Source: Lama glama (taxonomy: Eukaryota). Taken from it: a stretch of 64,000 nt of DNA. Below, piece after piece: positions 37,801 through 48,016 of the stretch. The DNA is taken from NCBI GenBank assembly GCA_028534125.1, contig CM052817.1, positions 64,234,001 through 64,298,000 on the forward strand. Direction: 5' to 3'. Position numbers and translations under genes: made by a program. Within the stretch, counting starts at the first letter, position 1; each line of letters begins with the position of its first letter. The notes beneath the pieces were generated by a model that searched no databases, was not told where the DNA came from, and worked only from the letters and a program-made list of their open reading frames with translations.

Positions 37801-40800
37801 AAAAACTATGAGTTTCATGTTTCAGTTCCCTTATGAACACAAACAAGGTAGAAATATGTTGCTAAGAGTTCTAAACCCTTTTAAAATTTGTTTTCATTGT
37901 TGTTTAGACGGTGATCGTTTTACGCTGAATGAAAACAAGAGAGATTCCAACAAAAGGAAGTCTAAGAAGAGCTTGTTCTTATCGACTCCCCTCTCAGGTA
38001 GCAGTGGCATCTTCTGACTTCCTGTACAAAGCTGTTGCGGGGCTGCCAGTTCCACACAACCCTGGTAGAGAAGAATCAGGGGTGTGGGTGTGTGGTGGGC
38101 AAATTCTGTGCCACAATCTCTTGGCAAGCTTAGTAAAGTCAAGGTCAAACAGGTTCCTGTGTGGGTGAACATCTTAGGGTCTCTAATTCAAATGGCCACA
38201 GTGAAGAGGATGATACTTTGCATCATTTTCCAAACATCTTCAACCAGAAGACTTATGGGCTGGGAGGGGCATCCCCAGGGACTAGGTGTCATGGTGCAAT
38301 TTGGGGAAACATACCTCTCAACATGGTGTTAACATGGTGCTAACACAGCTCCTGTAAAAGCCTTCTCTGGCAAGGGCAAGCCCCCTTCCCCAAGGCAACC
38401 AAGACCCATGGGATTCTTAGTTTCCTGGCACTGCCCAGCCCACAGTGTTCACTGCTAGGGATTATTTTTAGTTATTGAAGCACATGGATTTCTATCTTAC
38501 TTTTTCACTTTTCTGTCTAAGCTTACAATTAAAAAGTTGGGGTGGGGGGTATAACATGTGCCTTCATCTGGGAGGAAGAGAATCTTACAAAGAGTCTATC
38601 TTCTCACTGCTTTGCACCCTGCAGATAGGATTACTGACTTGAATTTGGAAGGAAGAGCTATTGTACTCCGGGGCAGTTTTCTTTGGAAACTGTGGATCAG
38701 TCACTGCAGATAGAACAGAATCTTTCTCAACCAAGAATCAGGGCCTATAGTTCCCTTCTAAGCTGATCCTCTGAAGACTTAATAAGAACAACTGAAGAGG
38801 TATGAACAGGGGCACATGGTGAAAACTTAACATTCTTCTACTTAAATGTATGTATCCTTCTTTACTTGATTTCTTCACTAAACAGAATGATTTTATTTTT
38901 AAAAAATCAAGTAAGTTTAGAGACGTGAGGTTTGCATAGCACTCCAAAACATGGATAATTTAATTTTAAAAATGTTGAAAGGAATCATCTTCCTTCCTTC
39001 CTAGCAGTTCTAAGCACAATTACAATGCAGTAATTACACTGTAAGATGTCTACCATTGAACTTGGCTGAAGGGTTTTATTTATCCAAACTTTTCAGCTGG
39101 CTGAATCCCTGAATAGGACACAGGAACCTGCCTTAGAATCCTTTTTGGAGTTGGGGCTATTTTATTGCTCAAATACCAGTTTTAAAACCTAGCAGTTGGG
39201 GGGGGAAAAGGCTAATAAAAATAAAAGGTATGTTTTTCTCAGAGAATGGAGCATAATAAACTTAAAAGAAAAAAGTTTTCTCTCAAATTTCATGCTCATA
39301 GAACACTATAATATTTAAAAAGCCATTGAAACATTAAAAGCATTTCCAATTTTACTGGAGTGTGAAGACTAGAAAACTAAAAAGCTCAAAGGAAAAAAAA
39401 AAGGCTTGAAAAAGTAATTTTTAATGAAACTAGCAATTAAAATCCATGCCTCGGGATCTCAATCTCCTGACACAGTCAGTCCAGACTGAGTGTAGAACTG
39501 AGATTATTAGGCAGAAAGTTTTGGAAGTTGCAGAGAAGTGAGGGTTTACGCACCACTGCCAGCTAACACGCACAGTCCCCGCGGGGCATTTTAAAGTGGG
39601 GCGACCTCAGAGATCTGCTCTGCCCACTCACTTTTTGAGGTTCTTGATTAACACACGTAGAATATTCCAAAGTGCCTTTAAAGTTTTTTCCCCTCTATCA
39701 TCTGAACACTCCAGGAGGCAGGTTTGAGTTCTGATATGTAGTTTCCGCCTTTTCTAGCTTCTACTTTAGCCGTCCCCGTTTCTGACCGCCCGTCCGCGCT
39801 CTCCAAGCGACGCGGGCAAGCGCATCTGACTGGACAGGCCAGGGTCTAACTGAGGATCACGATATTTTCCGGACTGTCATTTTAAAATACAAATGGAATA
39901 CTTTCGTTCCTTTTCTTTAGCAGCAGGACATAAGCAGGGACAAAAGTTCCAGCCTACCCTGTGCTAGGGGTCTCGGTTTGTTGTCCTGTTCAAACCTACT
40001 GGTACGGGGTAGGTCCTCTAAATGTCCCCACTTTAATGACACAGAATCAGCCACGAGAAGTAACTCCCTCTAGGAGTGGCAGACCGGAATTCTAACCTAC
40101 GCCTCTTGGCCCCAAACCTGTATTCTTTCTGGCATTCATGTTCCCTTCCCCAAATACAATGCAGCAGCACTCACATGGATATAGTCCTTCTAGAATTCAA
40201 GCAGCATCAGTAAAGACGGTAATACCATGTCCCTCCGATGTTCTCTACAGCAAAAGGGCGTCACTGTTTAGATAAAATGCCCAACGGGCTACAATCTTCC
40301 TTCCCAGTCTCTCAAATTTGGGAACCATCGAGAATAACTTTAAACTTTAATGAAGGGGGACAGAATTTCTGTCTATTCTTATTTATTCCTGCTGTTATCC
40401 AGAAAGGAAGAATTTATCAATTTGAATTAAAACAGGGTATTATATAGAAATTGATGAGTAGGAGTTCACAAGAGTTAAAGCTTTACATATGCTAAATTAT
40501 CATATACACACTATTTTCTTGAACACTGTTTTAAAGCAGTTTTTTAACTATTTTTTTTTTTACTATCATTAGATACTGATTTTGCTTGAACTACTTTAAT
40601 AACCATTAACTGGAAATACTTCAGAATATGATAAGCAGGTTCCAAAGCTTTTCTGCATTTGCAGAAATTTAACCACTTACAAGCCACAGCTGTATTCCTT
40701 AACCCTTGTATCTAACGAACATGAACATTCAGGCACTCTTTAAATGAAGGCTAAATTTTCACAATTGGTCGGAAGTAAAATTTTGAGTCAACCAACTGCT

Positions 40801-41709
40801 ACAGCTTGCAGAAAACCAACAAGCAGTTTCACTTATTTTTTCCTCAGAGTAAAAATGAATTGACTGTACTGAGCTGTTTTTGTATTTCCTTCTCCTGAGA
40901 TGTCACTCCCCTGAAGAATTTCCACCATTATACAACCATCCTAAGACAGGCATTCCCTTAAAAATTACTTTTAATCTTTTTATAACCCAAAACATTTGAG
41001 GTGGAAAAAAGCAGAAACATCTTTCTGTCTCCAAGTAGATTCTAAATTCTAATCAGATTTAGTCCAAATGCCACTTAATGACTATGTGTTCCAATCCAGA
41101 TAACAAGACATGCTGCTCACTTACCATTTGGTGACAAATGCCTCTTTATTCAAGTGCCCCCACCCCACTGGTGGTATTATTAGCAATGAAGAGAGTGACT
41201 TAGAAGCAGACGTTTTCAAAGGCTAGAGCAGAGTGGATTTTTATCCAAGCTTTTCTCATGATCTACAAAGTATTTCACTTAGATTATTACTATTTCCTAA
41301 AACTAAATAAGATATTTACTACAGGGAGTTTTTTTTCCAGGTATGCTAATGAATTTTTTCACTCCACAAACATATTTAAACACTCTTGAATGCTAAGCAC
41401 ATGAGAAAGTCGAAAGAGATATTGAATAAACTACATGGTATAGGAAGGCAGGGGCTTAAACCCCTTGTTCAGCATGTGTCTCCAAGGCCTGCCTAGCACA
41501 AGGCACTGTCACCAAATATTTGCTGAAATGTGAATGACAAATCCTTGTCTTCAAGGAGTTCATAATCTTTGAAAGGCCAGGGACTATTCTAGGCTCTGCA
41601 GATACAGCAAGTGAGCCAAACTAAACCTAGTACCCTGAAGGGACATATATTTTAGAGAAGGTGAGTCAAAGGTGAGATGGGGGAGACAAATTAAAACCAT
41701 ATATTATAT

Positions 41710-41820
41710 AACATACATATGCATGTATAACTGAATCACTTATATATATATATATATCTGCATGCATACGTACACCTGAAACTAACATTGCAAATCAACA
41801 CTTCAAATAAATAAAAATTT
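41710..41820 (+). mobile_element. L1 extreme 3' end containing (TA)n
   Basis: tataactgaatcactt...tacacctgaaactaacattgcaaatcaacacttcaaataaataaaa. Confidence 0.75.
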
Positions 41821-42097
41821 TAAAACTATTATAAATATGATAAATTCTATATAATAATAAAACTGTATTTGACATACATATGTAATCTAGTGTGAGTGAC
41901 AGGGTCTCGAAAGAGAAAAAAAGCAGTTTAAAGGGCTGGGAAGCTTTTCGAGATTGGGTGGCCCTACACTTGGAAGACCTTTCAGATGAGATTTAAATGT
42001 GGTGAGGGAGCCCATCCTGCAAATGCTCTAGACAGGGAGGACGAATCAGTATGCTGGCAACTCACGATAACACAACTTGCAACCAGCATGATGGGGT

Positions 42098-42400
42098 ATG
42101 TAGCTGGGTTTGCCAGCTGTCTACCAAAACCCCATCCCTTCTTCCTGGGCACCCAGGGACACCGCAGGTCTCCACTGCCCTTGCCATTCTGGTGGCCTCG
42201 TGACTTGTCTTTGCAAATGGAAAGCGAGCAGCAGTACGTGCCACTTCCGAGGCAAAGCCTTCAGAAGCCGGCATGCCTACTCCAGGCTCCTTTTTCCCTT
42301 TCACAAAGTAGAGCCCAGCGAGGTCAGCAGAGCCACAGAGGTGGGGCTGGGCCCCCGGATCGCTGCATGAGGACAGCCATCCGCTGAACAAGGCATGAAC
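42098..42400 (+). mobile_element. MLT1 (I/J-like) LTR fragment
   Basis: tgtagctggg...ctgtctaccaaaaccccatcccttcttcctgggcac...caaatggaa...gtgccacttcc. Confidence 0.65.
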
Positions 42401-44387
42401 AAGACGCTGTCTCCTATTAGACTGTGGGTTTATTGAGGACCGGGATCAGGCCTTTTTCATCCTCACAACTCCTAGTGAGTGGCAAGTTCCTAGCATTAAT
42501 GCTACTGAAATAGTGAAAAAAGCAGTTAGTTCTGTTCAAAGGAAACTGAGGAAAGGAATGAGCAAGGGTTCACCATACGGATATGGAGTGAGTGACTTAC
42601 AAGGGATGGGTGGAGTGTAGGGGTAGAGATTCTCAGCAGAACAAAGGGCATGAGCAAAGAGAAGAAGAAAATATAGGATATATTTGAGGGACATGACCCA
42701 AAAAAGTGGCCATACTTGAGTACCTTTCCTTCAGCAAACAAGTGTTAAGCAACTACCATGAGCCAGGCACGACCGAAGGTGCTAGAGGCGCAAAGCCTGG
42801 TACGGCTGGGCCCTTCTTGAGGAAATCTTGAAGTACAGGATGCAAAGGAGACATGAGAAGGAGTGCTAACTCTACTGGGGATCGTGATGCCAGAGCTGAT
42901 CCTGATCCTAAAGTTCCAGAAGATTCTCGGGGTGGTGCTCCAAAGGGATGGGAGGAGCAAAGGCTTAGGCAGCTTGGTGAATTCATGGAACTGCAAATAG
43001 CTCAGCCCTCTGGAAAGTAAGCCCCAAGAGGGCAAAGATTTTGTTTTCTTCATGTTGGGTCTCCAGTGCCTGGAACCCAGCCTGCAGGAAGGGCAGATCG
43101 GAAATGCCAGATTTGGGGAAAGAGGGTAAGTTTAGAAGTCACTGTGGAGAGGAGGCAGGAACTGGACAGAGAAGGAATCAGAGAGCTCTGCCAGGGACAA
43201 GATCAGATTTGCATTTCGTAAGAGCATTCTGGCTGAAATGTACGTGAAGGGGTGTGTCACCACAGGAGATCCTTAGGGGATGACTGCAATGGCCCAGGCC
43301 CCAGGTGAGAGGAGACAAAAACTGAAATAAGGTAAGAGGGGGAGTGGGGGTAGAATGAAAATCGCAGATCCAGGAACACTATGGGGAGGACTTACGATTA
43401 TTTTGTATATAGGAAAAAAGAGTTTTTAAGACAACGCCTAAATTTAAGGAAAAGCAGGCTGGGAAAAAATGACAGTAATCCAGTTTTGCAGACGTTACGT
43501 TTGGGATAATTGAAGGTAGTCACGAGAGGAAATGTCCAAAAGGCATCTGGACACACCGGTGTGATGTTCCAGGAAAAGGTCTTGTCTGGTTCAGAACTAG
43601 AAGAAACCAGCAGCATCCAAGTAACAGCTAATGTTATGGGAATGAATGAAATTGCCCAAACATGGCCAACACATACTGCTGCAGAAGTTGTGCACTGCAC
43701 AACTCCCCAAAGTGCCAAGTGCCCTGGGTCATTGCCATTTTGTACAGATATCATGGCACTTTTCTGGTAGATAACTGTAATGAATTATCTGGAGAGAAGG
43801 GCATCTCTTTCTAATTCACCAAAATTAGTGTGTGGAGAAGCAACAAGTTTGCCCAAAGAGCTATTCCTGAACAAGCAGAGGCAAGAGGAAAGAGGAGAAA
43901 AAGGGAGAAGGCAGGTTGGGGTGAAAAGGGGCAAAGCCAATCCATTTTGTTTAGACTCCATTTCAGAACTGATCTATAAAATCTTCTCTATCCTCTAAAT
44001 TGAAGATTGCAAAAGCTGTATTAACCCCTAAAGCTCTCATGGTCTGAGCAGGTTCTGTTACTACAGGGAACAGCAGGAGTTCATGGCAAACAATCCTCAG
44101 CCTGCTCGCTCTTGAGGTCTCAGTCTGGGTCTTCCTTCGGCTCACAGGTTCCAGGGCTCCATTTTCTTTGTAAACTGGTGATGATGGTGATGACGATGAA
44201 GAAAACACCCCTATGCATACACACTCGCCTACACACGGTGAACAATCTTCCTCTGGCCTAGAATGAAATTAACTTTAGGGCATTTCCAAAAGGCTTTTCC
44301 CAAACTAGGAATAAACGTAAGTAACTGGAAGCCTGGAATGGCATACAACGCTGCTGAGCTTCTACAGCAAGATGCACTGAGTTGAAT

Positions 44388-44614
44388 CAGTGGTTCTGAA
44401 ACGGGATGATTCTGCTCCTTCTCCAAGGGACATTTAACTAAATCGAGACATTTCTGGTTGTCCCAACAGGAGTCTGGGGGTGGGGGGAATTCTACTGGCA
44501 CCTGGTAGGTTGAGACCAGGGATGCTGCTCAACATCCTACAATGCACAGGACAGCCCCCATTCCAAAGAATCCGCTGAGCCCAAGTGTCGGTGGTGTCAA
44601 GGTGGAGAAAACTG
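44388..44614. mobile_element. MER20 (hAT-Charlie), near full length
   Basis: cagtggttct...agggacattt...gagacatttctggttgtc...ctactggcacctggtaggttgagaccagggatgctgctcaacatcctacaatgcacaggacagccccc...aaggtggagaaaactg. Confidence 0.9.
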
Positions 44615-47600
44615 TTAAACTACAAGCTTCTTGAAGCCTGGGACCAATACGTACTTCTGATGCCCCAAAACGTTTGATAAGACAAAATTAAATGCAAGAG
44701 AGTTCCCACACCATACTGAAGGACTGGGCAACAATTTCACTTACGTTTTTCTCCTGCTGTCGCTGCCATCCTTTTAGGCTCCCACTTCCGATTACCAAAA
44801 AAGCCAGTAAGAAAGGTTGGAAACTTAAGTGATGTATACAGCTTAAGTGCTTTTTGATGAAGCAAACGCTATAATTTCTGTCACATTCTCTTAGAATATA
44901 CCAAGTTTCTGCCCCAAACAAAATCTTTAACAAGAATAAACAAATCTTTCTATGTAAAATTCCATTATTATTTTCCAAGTCACAGAAATGTGAAAAAATA
45001 ATGGTCTACTATGAAATACAAACACTTCTTGATCATTGCTCTACATATTGAGTAATGCAATTCTGACAGTTAATTTAGATTAATGAAAAAGCCACACAGA
45101 ATGAAATACAAGTGGAAGCTAAATATAGGTGATCTAAGTTAATGTCACTCCTGAGTCCTCTTATCCCATTACTAACTACTGCTTCCCATGCCTAACCTCA
45201 ATAGCCAGTCATTTGTTTTCCCAAATTTAAATGAAAGTGAACACTGTTCACACGTTTTATAAGGAGGCATCTGATTTAACTTTCACCAATGTGCTTAGTA
45301 GATTCTGCCACTAAAATTGACTATGTTCCTAATTTTTAAGGTTCTATTTTAATTCCCACTGTAACTGAGAAAGAACAAAAGCTTTTTCTTTTTAAAGAAC
45401 CCTAGATAATCATGCTCCTGCCTTTACTGGAAGAGGAGACAGGATATCGCTACCCCAAACCAGCACCCTCTGGTAATTGAGGCCTTTGTCCCGCCAATGT
45501 TAAGACAATAGCTCCCTTAAGCATCAGATGTCCTGGGAGTGTTACAACCGCTGAATGGCTTTTCATGGAACATAAATCACTTTCCCACTACCTGCCACTT
45601 ACAACCCTGCTTCTCATGAACCTTGGACCCTGCACAATACGGCTTGTCGTGTCCTTTGTGAACAAGGGAACTGTTTTCATGAGTAGATAAAGGGCATTTT
45701 CCCTTTTGATGTTTAAGGGTTTTTTTTCCTCCTTGTGCCCTGAATTTTTTTTATTAAAAATCACAGGAACATCCCATTCCGCCATGCCAATTAAAGTTCT
45801 AAATACTTAATACTTGTATGTTTCATATAACTGTTGAGCATTTTAATAGGATTTCAGAAACTTATCTGATCATTTCCTAATATATCTCCATGTGGATCAG
45901 ATCTCCTGCTATTATGATTTTGCATGAGAACTTTTGAGCAACTTTTCATCCCATTTCAGATGGGATGAAATGGGATGTTAAAGAATTGAGAAGGATACGG
46001 ATACATAGTAGACCCCACATTTACAGTTGAGAAAATTTTCCCCACATGGATTTCCTCAGTTCCCTTAATCCTCTTGAAACAGAATTGTTGAAAAGAGTAA
46101 TGACTCAAGATGTGGCTGCTGACGTGACATCAGTCACATACATCTAATTCCACGGCTCTGCATTAAATTCAGCCTGCTGTAAGGTAGGAAAGTTACGTAC
46201 TAAAGGGAATGAAGTTTCCCGCTTTTCTGCAGCCCTTATCACAAGCAGCTGAGGCCCCCAGGGGTTGTTTGCAAGTCACAGAAGTAACATCTCTCCTGAG
46301 TAAATCACAGCTGCCAACGGTCAGCCTGGGTGCCTGTGGTCTCTCCTTTTCCCCTGGCCCGGAGTGCTAGCCTCACCTGCATGCCCGACTCACATGTAAG
46401 CAGAGGCCGCTGCAGCGAAGCGGTCCAATCACAAAAAAAACAACACTTCTCTCTGAGCCAGGTTATGCCAAAGGCTCTCCAGGCATGAAATCATGAAGCA
46501 ATTTAATATGAGCTCAGATAAAAAGCCAAGTGAGCAATTTAGAAGCTGAAAGGAAATACAAGGGAAAGTTCTTTGGCTTTAGTGAGGACAGAAGGAAAAA
46601 TGCAGAGAGCATCTTGGACACATTGGGATGGGAAATAAGAGGGAAGGTGGGGCACCAGCTGTCTGCCAGGTCCGTTTGGGGGAAATGGTGGAAACCAGTT
46701 TTCCTTACTCTGGCTCCTGAGATTACAAGTGCTTATGAACCTTAACTTGTCATTCTAAACTCTTTCTAGGGTCAGAAGCAAGTGACATTTAACGTAACTG
46801 AAGAAGGAAAAGTTATGTGTGCTGATTGGGCTGAAAAACAAAGTGAAGCCCCGGTGTTTTTCTGAAGGTGGCTGGAAATCAGTCTTTGACTTGGCAGGTA
46901 AAACCCTTGTCGGGGGTGGTGAGGGGAGCATTAGCCTCAATAAGTCTCCCAGGGAAAAAAACATCTATTAATGAAAAGACCTTAGCATCAGAAAAAGATG
47001 GCAGCAGAGATGTGTGCTGACAACCTTGAGAATAATGCCAACGGCTGGAGCCAAAACATGTGATTCCAATGTCAGGCCGGAGCCCAGCTGGAGCAGCCAT
47101 GGGAAAGAAAGATTCCATACAGAGGAGAAGCCGCGGGCCAGCGCTGAGTGAAGTGGGTGACAAATTGGTGCTAAGGCACCACAAGCGGCAGGCTTGTTTT
47201 CTCCGGCCCAAGGATGTAAGCTGTAAGAGCCTTTTACCCTGGAAGCCTGGATGCTGGGGAGGCCGGCAGGCGGCATATACACAGCTAAGCTTCATGGAGG
47301 CTGCGGGAGGCCGTCCTCGCCAGCACAGCAGGGAAAACACGACGCCAACAGAGATGCTGGCCTCTGAAGCGGGTGGGTGCCCGGGGCAGGGGCAGAACCA
47401 ACGCAGCGGATCCCCCCTCAACCCCAGGGGGGAGGGTGGGCGACAGACGTGCCTTGGCCGGGAGAGAGGAATCAAACACTGAAGTCGATTGTCGCAGAAA
47501 CAGCTGTGCTGCAGCTATGCGGCCAAGTGCGCGGATGCCAGCACGATGTCCTCAAGAGGGTGCAGGCTCCTGAGCAGAGCAGAAACAAAGCCGCCCCCAG

Positions 47601-47791
47601 GGCCTTGCTGGCCGATTCGTGCAAAAGGGCACTCGGTAAATGATCGTATAATTGGCTCAAGTCTCCTCTGCCCCCCAGACAAAAACCCATCAACCAGAAC
47701 CTGCCAAAGTTCTCAAAACCTGTTAGGCCTGTGAGGATGCAGTTGGAGGAAATAACCTCTCTGCCCTCAAAGGGCTATCGCCATCTGGGCC

Positions 47792-48016
47792 AGGTGGGTT
47801 TTTTTCCCAAACTGTGGCTAGCCTTCCATAGTGGGTAGTCAAAGTCAGTTAAATGGGTCAAAATCAGCACTGGTTTTCACACACACACATACAAGAGTAA
47901 GAGAAAACTCTTATGAAACTTTTGATTCAAGTCTGTGTATTCACCACCACCAAGTCATGAAGTTAAAATATACTTCTTATTGTGGATCAGAGTAAAAGTA
48001 CGTTTGAAAGCAGCTG
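47792..48016. mobile_element. hAT-Charlie fossil (Charlie4z-like)
   Basis: aaactgtgg...catagtgggt...atgggtcaaaatcagca...gaaacttttg...aaaatatacttcttattgtgg...gtttgaaagcagctg. Confidence 0.55.

Noticed and set aside
37894..38071. Minus-strand acceptor (ttcttctctaccag) followed by a short open frame
   Set aside because: No convincing donor or recognisable peptide; lone acceptors are common.
46879..47734. Overlapping ORFs up to 198 aa
   Set aside because: Expected from high GC content; no recognisable domains.
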